Below are positions 47,396 through 59,910 of a DNA stretch of 64,000 bases, piece by piece. Each line of letters begins with the position of its first letter. The first letter of the stretch is position 1. A program made the translations under genes and the position numbers. Source of the stretch: Amphiscolops sp. MND2022 (taxonomy: Eukaryota); NCBI GenBank assembly GCA_964187785.1, contig OZ076409.1, positions 42,286,001 through 42,350,000 of the forward strand. The letters run 5' to 3'. The notes under the pieces were generated by a model. It ran no database searches, was not told the DNA's origin, and saw only the letters and a list, made by a program, of their open reading frames with translations.

Positions 47396-50300
47396 ATGGA
47401 TAGATTTGCAGGAAGTGAGCCGCGTTTATTCATTTCTTTTCATTTAGATAAGGAATCAATCGGCCAACCAGCCCCAGTGTCAATAGAAGCCGTGGACTCC
47501 ACTCTTTTTGATTTGGGTAATCCTGCACAAACTTTTATTCCCTCCGATGATTCCATTGAAGTAATTGAGGTTTTGCTTTCGAGGCCAGAACGAAGCGAAT
47601 CTGCTCCTGATACTCCGTCCAAAGGACCTATCAAGCCGGAGCCAGAAGAATCAACGTTTTTGTTGCTGTCTGAAATGTATAGACGCGGAGGATTCTCCAT
47701 TAGCAGTAGTGATTCAAACGAGAGAGTTGCGGCATTCTTCACCAGAAAACATTATGAGGCTTTACACACTTTTAAACAGGAGGTCTTAACGACTGATGGC
47801 CCATTAAACAAAGTGAGAGGGAAGAAATTACGAGGTTTCCCAAATACGAGTTCACAATTCCTTCACAGGCGAACATGCAAAATACGTCAGCTGACGGGAC
47901 CCAAGGAACATCTACTGGTATTCCACAACCTAAGCTCCGAGCGGCTTACTGTGGCGACTTGTACAAAGTGTCCCAAGTCACGGTTAGTGAAGATCTGGGG
48001 GCGTTTATCTTTTCTCCTGCAGTAGAGCATACTTCTGTTTGAATTTCTCAATATGCAGTCAGCTTGACCTCCAGTCCACAGATGATAGTCCCTGTCGAAT
48101 GCCCACGGCAACTTCAACTTGTGAAGTTGAGATGAACGTTGATAGTAACCGAGAGTCTGCAGGGTCAACTTTGGCTGAGGCTTTGACTCCCCCTGTTCAT
48201 CGAATCACAACAGATACTATTGGCGACTGAGGCAGTGGCCCTTTGCACGCAATGGCACCAAAGGAAAAAGGCCCTGTACCACTCTCAATTAAGAGTCGTG
48301 AGTTAATTTGTCATTATTTTCCTGAAACGAGGCCAATCAACCTGCCCCAGTGTCATCCTATTAAGAACTTACTCAAAAACAGATTGGTGGCATTTTGCCT
48401 ATCGTCGCAGATGAAAGGGCAAAGCATGGCATGATATACTGAACAGTGTCGTGGTCAGGGCGAGTAGACTTTGTTTGGGTCCCGCACAATCCAATGCCCA
48501 ACCAGCGATGCGTCGACCCAAATCCTTCCAGATTTCTCTTGAATCTGAGATCAATTACAATTCGTCGAGACAAGTTACCCCAGTGAGTCTAACGGAACTA
48601 CGCATAGTGGAGTTTTTTGGGCTTCTGGTCCATCGCGGGAGCATTCACCTCCTAGCAGGTCTTCAACCGTCCACATCGCTAGTCCTCCAATACCTGGGTG
48701 TAGTCGTGGTGACCCTTCAGATCCTTCATCAGTTGCCTTGTTAGAGGCAAGTGTGAACCACGGTGCTCAAACGCTTGCTGACTTGAAGCAGGAAGCCTTC
48801 AGAGACAGTAGGGGCAAAAAGAAAGCAAAATCTAATGCCAAGCCTAAAGTCAAGAACCCACGGAAGGCAGTGAAAATGTTCAGTAGGATCATGAGTAAAG
48901 AAATTTTCGAGAGTATGACGTGGACTTGGACCTTCGTCTCCGGTCCTATGGACTCAAAATGGAATCGCTACAAATTTGATTGCCAAATTTGTAAAGGGAA
49001 CGTTTCCATCTATGGACGTGGGGCCAGAGAGATATTTAGACACTATGCAACCGAACCGCATTTGCGCAAAAATCAAAGATGGCGATATGAGCAGTTGGCT
49101 ACAGAATATTCTGTCACAAAAACCATCCGTCACCACGTGAGAAGTAGCGATGGCAAAATCCTGTCTCCATATGACCTGGAAATGGAATATCGAAAATTCA
49201 ACGACACTGAGCTTGTTGACATTGGGAAAAAATTGCAATTCTACGAAGAATATATGGCCGGCAATGACCACATGACATCCTCCTCGCACAACCGCGTTCG
49301 GGTCCAGACTTCAATCCTTGGGGATTTCCTGCCGTCCTTTGCAACGTCGGAGCACTCAAGAGTTAGGGGCGAGACATTGAAGTGCTAGTCAACCATCAAG
49401 CCTTATTCTCCGACTTCAATTGGAGGAAGGAACGGCTCACGGTAGGTATCTTTTCTGATAAATTACTTGGCTCACAGTTTTGGTTAGTAGCTGCCGAATC
49501 CTAAATTGGGGTTGCACTTAGATGTGGTGAAAGGGATTTTATTTCCTTCATTGATGACCGATCATATTCCGCTGTTTTTTCAAAGGTCCTATTCCACCAT
49601 ATATTCAGATGATGGATGACCTTGGGCAACATGTGGTTGCTAATGGCGACTATGGTGTGTAGTTCAAAGTTCGTCGAGTTTCTCCACTTTTCGATTTCTG
49701 TTTCCTTCACTTGCGTCACTTACGATTTTGGAGTGGCAATCAGCTATGTCGGGTTCTGATCAAATGCACTGGACGAGTAGTCGGTCAGACTGCAGCAGAA
49801 AAGTAACAAATTGGCGAGTTAAATTGCGGCCATCTCCACGTGTACCGGCCTTGTGTGTTGCGGAGGTGGTTCTTTCAGACTGATTCAACTTCTCGACAAT
49901 AGCGCAATTTTTCCTTTTGCAGTCTAGAGCCCAACGCGTTTTGACAACATTTCTCTCCCTAGATTGATGCACAAGAAAAACTATAGTGTTTTTGGTCGGA
50001 TAGACTTTTTTGCCCTGCCGAAGTACCTCAATGTGTCTCTTGGCGGCAGCTTGGACCTCGAGTGCGTGTTATTAGCTCCTGGACTTTCCAAAGTTAGTGT
50101 GTGTGGCTCTTTTATAGGTTTCCATCTTGACGTCAATGCATTAGTCTTTGTGTTCTACAGACAAAACGAAACTGTGAATTGGACATCTCCAGACTTCATG
50201 TGATGTGCCAGGAGTTATTGTCCAACTGAAATTCCATAACCGATTTCTCAACATAGCATTCTTTATTCCAATAAAAGGAAGGAGAATCAAATCAGGTGGG

Positions 50301-51805
50301 ATAGTGCTGTCTTCTAGTATTTAGGTCAAGGTCGTTTTATCCTGTTGTACTATTTATGGTTCGTTTACAGCCTCAAAATTTGGAATGGTCCACCATGGAT
50401 GACTAGCTGTTTACGTGTTGCATTGAATTATTCCAACGACTGGTCCGTGATTGCAAGTATACTCGTCGCAAGAGTTTGAATCCATTCTACCTAAGGTGTC
50501 CTAACCGTCTAGTTGTTTAGATTCTACTACTAGTCAATTACTGTACTATCCAATGGTGTAAACTAGTCAACGTACGTAGCAAAATCAACGAGTGTAACGG
50601 CCTATCAATGCGCGTAATGTGAGAAAAGTGTAAAACTTCCAAAAAAAATATTCGCGCTCTGATTGGACAAAAATCGAACTAGCAGGATCCTGCTAGTTCG
50701 TACCGGCATGTGTATCGTAATGTAGTTTTTCCATCAGCTTGTCTGGACGAAGTGATCGGGGGTTTTGTACCTATCGGCATTTGTGTCAGCACCTTTCAAA
50801 ATTGGTGCGACGCTGTTCCAGTCCAGACGACCTTCCGTCTGACCAAGAATGGCCTGAGCTTCTCAATCTCGATCTTGGTACTACTACTACAGCCCTGAAC
50901 GTGCGTGCTTTCCTTGCCCGAATAAAATTTGATACAAAACTTGACACTGCCTGCAAGGTTCAAGCAGAAAGTGATAAACAGGAAAAGAAAAAGCTGCCTT
51001 GACAATCAAAATTCTGACGAAGGTGAATAAAGATGACTTCGAAGGACTGCTAGTAGTTACGTCACATTTCTGTTCAATTCCGTGCAAAAAATGAAAGGCG
51101 TCACCAGTGACGTCGTCAAGGAAATAGGATGTTTTGATCACGAGACCCTTCTGACTGGACCTAACTCTCACGCAACTTATTGCCACTTACAGCTCTTTAC
51201 CAGTTCCAGGTTGCGGAAATTCTTCACCGTTGATGAAGAGACCACGTGTTGTGAGGAGTACCTGTCTTTTTTTGAGGACTTGAGGCGTAACTACCCTGAG
51301 CTGGTTAAACCGACTGTCTTCAAAGAAGATACTGTGAAATTCCTAATGGAGTTACCGTCCTCTGTTATTCAAACTCTTTCGACTGACCTGCCTATGTTTA
51401 GACGAGCCCTTTCAAAGTTTACTTGCCGTCAAGTTTGGTTCCATTGACTCAGGGGATCCTACTAGTCGTTTCATCGATGTAATTCTGCCAGTGCAGTCTT
51501 ACTTTCGGAACGTACCGCACGGTGTTGAGGCTGTAACTACCAATAAATCAATTGCAGCATTCCTTCAGCTGGAACCCAGCTTCGGTGAACGTCGCTAAAG
51601 TGACGTTTATTGTCCGTGGTAAAGTGATCATTTCCTTGGGCGGGCTAAAATTCTGAAACAATTTGATCCTGCTAGGACGTGTCATTGTGCGCAAGAACGT
51701 GATGTTATTTCTGGAATCTCAACTGCTATTAAGGCTTTAAAACACAAAAACTCCAGTAGGAAAGTGTCGAAGAAGACTAGTGATCAGTTAATCGATGCCG
51801 AGTAA
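47396..51805 (+). pseudogene. Decayed homolog of the antisense spliced zinc-finger gene, in element B
   Basis: FVSG...FDCQICKGNV....GAREIFRHYATEPH matches A FVSG...FFCRVCNRDV....GSGEFKRHFASDGH. SDVVKEIGCFDHETLLTG...EEY...RR matches SIVSKGLCSFCPELMLEG...DEY...RR. Donor GTAGGT at 49442 is at the same codon position as in A. Confidence 0.8.
50500..50722. mobile_element. Partial copy (right end) of the 43428-45222 TIR family, inside the element B antisense gene
   Basis: Ends TGTATCGTAATG at 50722; shares TAGTCAA motifs and GAGAAAAGTGTAAAAC with 45120. Left end not located. Confidence 0.6.
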
Positions 51806-51996
51806 TTTCAGTAAGATGAAAATTTGTTAGTTGCTAGTGGATCTAAATTTTAAATGTACAACTGTTTCTTTAGTATGTAAAGTTGTTTCTTTAGTTTTTT
51901 GTTGCCGGTATTTATTGTCATTTGTATTCAGTCGAGTTAGGTCTGTCTCAATGCACAATCAAGTTAAAGAACAAGGGACAGAACTCATGTATCTGG

Positions 51997-54900
51997 CTAA
52001 TATCTGTATTCATCAGTGAAGTTTGGGGTAGGGTTAGGACGTAAATTATTTTTTCCTCCCCTAGGACTTTCATTTTCTACAACTATTTCATCATTTTCCT
52101 TGTCTAATATATCGGGCACGGTTGTATCATTCCCTCAGAGACTTGAAAAATCAGAATTTATCCCCTGTGAGAGGCTCTGGGAGGTCATTTCGTCATTTGC
52201 GGATTCGGTATTTTTTTGCAGTCTAGTTGACCTAAGGCCTGTGTCAGCCGTATTTTGAGCCGGCTGTTCAGTCTCTCCTGTACTAGTATCCTGCTGTAGT
52301 CGAGCGGACCGACGGTCCGCATTGTCGATTTCGTGCTCACGCTGCTCAGGAGCACCATCATCTGCATTTTTGTCCTGTCGCGTGGACCGGACCTCCAAAT
52401 CTGTAATTTTAGCGTCCTGTTGATCAGAATCAGCAAAATCTTCATCGTGCGTGTTTTTTAGTCGGAGTTTGTAGGAAAGTTCAAAATTTGTTTCCCACGG
52501 AATAATGTATCAATCGTCTTGTGGAATAATAATTTCGTCGTCCGCTTGCAAGTTTCCTTCCGGACCAATACCTTGTAGGGTAGTTTTTACCTTGCATTTT
52601 CGTAATTGAATTCGATGTAAATTCTGTGTTTTGTTAGAATTAAGTTTGCGAAGTATGTAGATTTCATTGGGAATGACTTTTTCGATGACGTAAAGTCCTA
52701 TCCACCGAAATTCTCGGAATGGAATTTTGAAGTTTTGATGATCAGCTAGCGGTTGTAAAATGAAACAGTAATCACCCTTTTCTAACGGGGCTGCTTTAGC
52801 CTTCCTGTCATAGTATTCCTTGTACTTCAAGTAGGATTGCATGATGATTTTTCTTCGTTTCGTCAATAAGTATTTGTGCACGTTGTTGAAAGTCTTTCGC
52901 AAAGTCGGCCGCGGGAAAAGTTTTCAAGTTGGGGTTTAATCCTAACCGTTGGTCTAGGATATTGTAGGGGATACTTTTCCGTGAAAAAGTATGGAAGGTT
53001 CACATCCCAGGCTTGAATGATAAGTCGTATTGTAATTGGGTACGGCCAATAGAGGGTATTTGTGCCATTGACGTCGGTTTTCACCTGATGCCATTTGCAT
53101 GAGTCCGTTCTAATTTATCTATTGTCTGAGCATGCTTCGTCGTTGCACACTTTATCTGAATACGCATGATTTTTGCAATTTCGTCAACTAGACGAGATGT
53201 AAATGATGTTCCTTTGTCAGTAGTCAACGTAGTTGGTAAGTATGTGTGGGTTCTCATGATATCAATAGGTACTTTTGCTCCACTAGTAGCCGAAGCGTCT
53301 GTTACAGGATAGGCAAAGTGGTATCTTGAAAGAACATCTAAGGTGGCAGGTTTTGCAAATTGTTGATTCGTAAAACATCTTCGGGTCCAAGGTCCCAATC
53401 AGGCAACCAGCGTAGTTCGGGCGTTATCGATGTAATTTAGATTTGTTTGCCTTTTATGCAGATTTCACACCCATGTACCCATTTTTTTGGCAATTTTTGA
53501 ATTTCTTGGATATTAACATTTTGGACGGATCTCATGAAGCATTTTGAAAATTCCCGAGTGTTTCTTCGCAGTCCCATGTAGTGATTGAAGTGATTCAGTC
53601 ACAAGATGTTTTGGAAGCAGCGCTTGGAGGTATTGGATGCTGCCGGTTTCTTCATAGTGGTCTCTGATGATGATATCATCTTGGACGGACAGACGGTCAA
53701 GTTGACTGCAGTAATGTCAGTGACAAGGGCCTTCTTGTAAGATGGTTTCTGAGTATTCTTCTTTCTGTAGATTAAGACGTTATTGTTGTAAAAAGATATC
53801 GTTTTGTTGTTCAATAACCATGGTGGTTCTTTTGGCAAGTTTCTGTAAAGTTGGAGTTTGAAAGTGAGTACTATTGTGTGTACTGAGTTTCTCCAACAAA
53901 ATATCAGGAAGTTGGTTTGTCGTGATTGACCTGGTGTCTTTTTTTGCGCTGCCAAATTTGTTCTTTTGTTCCTTCATCATCGACTTTGTAGAAGATCTGG
54001 TCCTCTTCAGTGACTCCAGCCGAGTGCACGTTGAGTTCAATGGGCGTCGTTGATATGTCTTCTCGTGTGCGGAGTATAAAATTTTCTTTAGGACAGAATT
54101 CTAGGCGAGACAGATAGTCTGATGCGGTGTTGTTTTTGCCAGGAATATGGACAATACTGAAATTTAACTGAATAACGTAGTCACACGCGTTCCACAGTGT
54201 TGGTGAAATAATTTTAGTTTGAAAAAGCGAGTGACCAACTTGTTGTCTGTTAAGATTATCACCGGTTTTGGAGTCCCCCAAAAGATAATCCTAAGTTCTT
54301 TAGAGGCAAAGAATATCGCTAAGAGTTTTTAGGCGTATATGGACATTTTCAGTTAAGCGGGACTAAATGACTTGGATCCATAAGCTACAGGTGCGAAGGT
54401 TTTTTGCGTTGAATTATATTTTTCCAGTGGATCGTCCTCGCTGAGAACTGCGTAACCTGTTGCCGAAAAACTAGCATTTGTCATCAAAACTATCTGTTTC
54501 TTGGGCAGGGGTTGTTTGAGTGCAAGTTTGCAAAATCGGTCAAGAGCTTTGTTGATCTCGATTAATTTCTCTAACAGATCCGGTATCACCATGACTTTGG
54601 TACCATTTTTCAAAAATTTGAAGAATGGTGTCAGCTTCTGAAAGCCTTGGGATGTAATTACGATAGTAATTCAGGAAGCCCAAATATCTTCGAAGAGCTT
54701 TTTGTTTACGGAAACTTGGTTTTCTCTTAGAAGTTTTGGACCCTGGGTCCTTGTGGCCGCACTCCTTCTGGAGTGGAGGTTCGCCCCAGGAAGTCAATTT
54801 CTTTGGCTTCGAAGTGGCATTTGTGCATCGTTAATTTGAGACCCGCGGTCCGGATGCACTCGAGGCTCGTAGGTTGTCAATGAGCTGTGTAGCATTCTCG

Positions 54901-57030
54901 GCCGCAATTTCAATATCCTCTACGTATTGAGCGCATTCGTCAGCCTTGATCACTTTATCTAGATATTCACGCACAAAGCTCGGAAAAATTGACAGAGCTC
55001 TACTTAGACCTTGCGCAAGTCTGCGGTAGGCAAATGTTCTGCTGGCAAAATTGAAGGCCAGCATCTCAATTGACCTCTGGTCAGCCATTTGGAGAGAGTG
55101 ATATGCTTGCGAACAGTCTAGTTTACAAAATATTCTATTCGTTTGCCCGCCATAAGCTGCGCAGCGTCTGTTAACGTGCTGACAGGGTGATTTTTATTGA
55201 CATAGTCGTCAGAGATCAGGTTATTAGGAGTCGTAGTTTGCCATTTGATTTTTTCTGGGCAAAAATTGGACTTCCATCTTTGAGAAATGGGAGCGTTATA
55301 ACCCCATACCGATGTAATAGTGCCAGATCGACAAAGATATTCTCTTTGAGGTTAATTGGCGTTGGTAAGCTTTAACTATAGGCAGAGGAATCATCTTTAG
55401 GTGTCAATTTGACCTTGAAATCCTCATTCATGCCTATATCGAAGCGGTGTCGTGCAAAGATGTCGTGGAATTCGACAAGCAATTCTTCAGTTTGGGCAAC
55501 ATCAGCTGGATTCAACGTCAAGTCTGTTCAGTCGAAATTAGCAAGGAATTGTTTCCAGGACTCAAGGTCATACTGAGGGTTGAGTTTTTCAATTTCTAGG
55601 TTGTGTAATTCCTTCAAGATTCGTTGTTGAATAGGTGTATGAAGCTGAGGGTCTCCAGGGATTTCTGGAGTAGGGATTCAATAGTTCTCTTTGTCTGCCT
55701 CAGTCTTCGCGGATTTGAACAAACTGCTAGCATCAAAGGCAGCGTTTTTGGTATTGTCTTGTAAAAATTGCCATGTCACCGGGTCAATGGGTTTGACGTA
55801 TTTCATAGGGTCTGGTGTCAGAAGAGAGAAAATGGCCTTGTGCGAACCCTGTTTGAGGGTATATGGTTGATCAGTGAAATAAGTCACATGAATTGTAACC
55901 TGAGCTTGGGTCAGTGTGACTAGAGCAGCACAAAAGACAATGTCGCCATCCTCTGTGAAGGCGTTGCTCGGTTGAAGAACCCGGTGACGTTAGAGTCCTC
56001 ATACAACTGGGAATGCATGGAGACCATGTGTCTGTCATTTGGAGGAATGGTTATTTCATCCCGTGTGTTAATGGGTTCCACTACGCTATTGTACTTGTGA
56101 TCCACCGTTTTCGATTGCATGGAAAAGAATGGGAAATTTAGGACTCCCTGTCTCATGTCCAGTTAGTATTGTTCCCTTGGAGGAACGAGGTGCCAGTTAA
56201 TGGACTGGTAGAATTTCCATGACAATTAAGATCTCATGGAAATCGATGTCCCCGACCTCAAATTTGAGTTCGACTGTGCTTTGGAGTCTCCAACTGTCAG
56301 TTAGCGACCATTATTAGGAAGTTTGGAGCTGGGACCTTTTTAATTAAGGACTGAGGGACTAATAAGAGGTTTTTCCGTAGATCAGCTTCTGGGATAGCGC
56401 TAGATAGAGCTCCCGTGTCTGCAAGGCCGTCTAATGTTAATTCGGCCAAAATCCATTGGGAAATAGAGCTTGCGTCTCTTATATTTGAGTTTCAAATTTG
56501 TTGTTAGCGGGACATAGTTGCGTAGTTGCGGTCAATGTGACCAGAGGTCCAACTTGTGGAAGTTCTTCATAGGTTGTCGAATGATGGGCAATCCGTGTGC
56601 TTTGCCAAGGGTCAACAAATGCCTTGGATAAGTTGGATAAGATTGTATTCAGATTCTGGTCAATTTCGTGTAAATTAGGTTTTTTTCTGAAACAATTTTG
56701 TTGGAATGGTTGTGTAAATATAGATGGTGTTGGTCGTAGATTTGGATGTCACAATAAGGATCAAAACCGAAGTCTTTGTCAGGATAATAGGGATTGTAGC
56801 TCTCTATAAGAGGGAGAGGACAAATAGTAGTAATATTACAGTGCTGTCCATTGGACTGAATGTCTAAGTCATGTGAGTTAGTAGGAGTATTTTCCACCTG
56901 CTGCTGCCAGTCAGCCGATGAATTTTTCTTAAGTGATGAGTAATAGTCAGTGTAATAGATAGTAGAGTGGTCAGATATTATGTATTGTGTGACACGTAGG
57001 TTTTCATTGAAATGGAGTCGTGGCGATTCT
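51997..57030 (-). pseudogene. pol: Element B pol, many frameshifts and stops
   Basis: MADQRSIEMLAFNFASRTFAYRRLAQGLSRALS, WNACDYV, TDKGTSF, KHAQTI..LERTHA, MQSYLKYKEYYD, NLRPNP: all match element A Pol. Confidence 0.93.
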
Positions 57031-58712
57031 AGTCTTTTGGATTTTTAGGAACGGAGGTTGTAAGTTTGTTGGTGGAGTCTTCTCGACTCATGGTAGTTTC
57101 CTCAGATTTGGGGATATACAATTTGAGATTTTTGGGTTCGAGGTGTGCTCCGGCGCTTTTCCAACACCGTTCGCCGGGTAGTTCGTTTTGTCACAAATCG
57201 GGCACTTTGGGTACTCTTTCGTGGTAGACTGGCTTTCATTGCGTTTTGTTCCTCCTTTCGTTTGAGTTTTGACAGTCATCCTCGACATGTCCAGGTTTTT
57301 TGCAATAATAACATGACGTCCCTGGGTCAACACCCGATGAATGGAGGCCAGTACCCGGTCGTGTTGCTGTCTGTGCTGTTGACATTGTGGGAACGGGAAT
57401 GTCGGCACCTTCCTCAAGTCCGTTCAGTTTAGCGTAAAGCAGACTGTCAATCATCGCTTGTGCGTGTTCGCCAAAAGCTTTTTCAGCGCCCTGGTTAAGT
57501 TCTTTGAGGAAATCAGGCAGTTTCATGGTATTCGGATCAACAACCAATTTATGTCATTGGTGTTTGGCAGTTGCCTGAGACTCCGGTTTTACATATTTCT
57601 TGCGGAAGACTGCTAATATATCTTCCAGGGTTTGTCTATTTGCCGAATTGATATTGCGAAACGTCTGTAGCGCGTTTTTGCGCAGCAGCGAATAGAAATG
57701 GTTGATTTTCATTGTTTCCGTCATGTCCGGTTGAATGTTTATCATCGTGTGAAAAAAATATTCGAACAATTCGAATTTTTCAGCTTTGCCATCAAATGTC
57801 AGTGTGGTCGTACTGACTGGTCGTACCATCAGTGTTTGGTCTGAGTATTTTTTTTCGTTCCCACAATTACATCGGCAAGTTTATTTATGGGGTCTAATGT
57901 TGTTTCGGAGGGCACGTTCCGGTTGTTAGTAGGGACTAATGGCTGTTGCGCAGGGATGGTTGTATCTAGCGTGTCATTATTGATACCTTGTTGATGTGGA
58001 GTTTTATTTCAGGATTGAATGGACCCTCCGGTCGGAAATTCAGGGAACATTTGAGGGGTAAATTTGGCACCTGTCACCAGGACCAATTGCTATTACCCAT
58101 CATCATCACTTTAGTTAGAACCCACTGAATTCTCCCTACAGTGATTTTTTCGGTTACTACTCATTGCTAGTAATCTGGGAAAGTCTTTCTGAGCATCTTG
58201 AGCCGCTTGGCTAGCTTTTTCCAGGATGCAGTCCATTTGACTGAAAGTCCCTCTGAGGAGGTACTTGACTAAAATTATTCAGATGCGCTCCATCTGACCG
58301 AAAGTCCAAATTTGTATAACGGCCTCCTACAGCATTTTTGATGCTTGGTATCACCTTTCCCTCAATTGCAGAGTTAAATACGTCTAATATGTGTGAATTT
58401 AAGTCTTCTGTGATGTGATTTCTTTTCCTCAAACTTTCTAGACAATGATGAAGAATTTTTTGAATTGATTGCTCTACTAGTTTCTTCGGTCAAACCACTA
58501 TTCTCACTGAAATTAGTGTTTAAGTAATTCTGGTTCAATTTTTCTTCCTGTCTAGTTGACCTTCAGTCCATTTCGTTTTCACTATTCCTCTCTTGCACTT
58601 CACAGTTATCTCTTTGATAACTTCCGAGCATATCAAAATTTTCAATATCTGACATCACATCAGATTGTCTAGAACGCTTTTCCTTTGCTTTCTGCTTTCT
58701 AGTTGAAGGCAT
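57030..58712 (-). pseudogene. gag: Element B gag, starting in the 5' LTR (ATG 58712, MPSTRKQKAKEK), disrupted
   Basis: FDGKAEKFELFE, KINHFYSLLRKNALQ, CYYCKKPGHVEDDC, CPICDKTNY. Confidence 0.88.
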
Positions 58713-59910
58713 ATTCGGAAGAGAAATTCGATTTCAACAGTGAATTGTCAGAAATTACAAATTGAACAGTATCGTGTTTTGAGTGTGGGTAGTGTTAATA
58801 ACCAATGATCCTTTTAGCAACGAACTCCGCGTTTATAAAATTTAAACAGCATGACACGCATGAATTTGTGCGGCAGTTAGCTAAATTTAGGGTGAGATCA
58901 GTCTAAATTTAGCTTTAGCCCCGATATTAGGTCATACGTTCCAAAATTAGATCAGGTGACTAGACAAGATATAAATAGCATCAAACTAGTAACGTATTAA
59001 CTTGCATAAAACTAATTCTAGGTTAAAAGCAACATTGCATGTAACGATAGCATCAATATTTAGCAAAACACTAATTCTGAGCAAGCGTCAGCATGACTGA
59101 AGTGAATGGTTCTGACTGCATTCTGATTGGTTGAGAGTATGTTTGGACTACGCGTCATCCTGACTGCAGTAGTGAGCAGGTTGAACGCAGGTTTTTCTGC
59201 TTTCTTGCTTGTATTACAAGGTATTAAAGCACCTTTCAGCTTGTTCTACAACACAATTACGAAACAATTGCACTGAACACAGTTGACGCAACGTGTATTT
59301 GATAGAGTAACTGAGTACGAAATCAGTACGTGGGACAATTGAAATATAAGGTTGCTGTCAAGTAGACTTTCGGTCAATATTACAAAATTTTGCATGTTTG
59401 CCTAAAATCACACTTGTATCAATTTTAACGGTACAAATATGTATCAGTTTGTTGTCTTAATTCTTCGGAGGGGTTAAAGTGTTTGATATTGGTAAGACTC
59501 CCGGTCCAGGGTTACTCTGATTGTCGTCTGGCATGATTTGGTAAAATATGCCTTCACAGGCTGCAGCCTGCGACAGTATTGGAAGGAGTTCGGTGTTGTA
59601 ATGTTTCCTGCCAAACGATGCATTTCAGTATCCATCAATCTATACTTCCTAACTTTACGTATACGTCCTGAAGATCGGTACTTATTGTGATCCGAAAAAC
59701 ACTTTGGAATTTTTCAGAAACTTTTGAAAAATCAGTGCATTCCAATATCAATGCGTTTTGACCTTCATAGGTGCAATCGAATTTGGAAAACCCTGGTTTG
59801 AGTGCAGTATGAATTAGTCGAAACTGAAAGCCGAACTTGAATACAATTTCATATAATCATCTTTCGAAACTGCTTGTTAAATTGAATGATAGAGCTTCTG
59901 ATTTTGATAG

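Larger units (their letters stand above)
41870..59575 (-). mobile_element. Element B: older, decayed relative of element A with the same gene layout
   Basis: TSD GTATT (41865-41869 / 59576-59580); LTRs 41870-43403 and ~58081-59575, clearly diverged from each other; PBS 58079-58070; PPT GGGGAG next to 43403; fragmented gag/pol homologous to element A. Spans an N gap. Confidence 0.9.
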
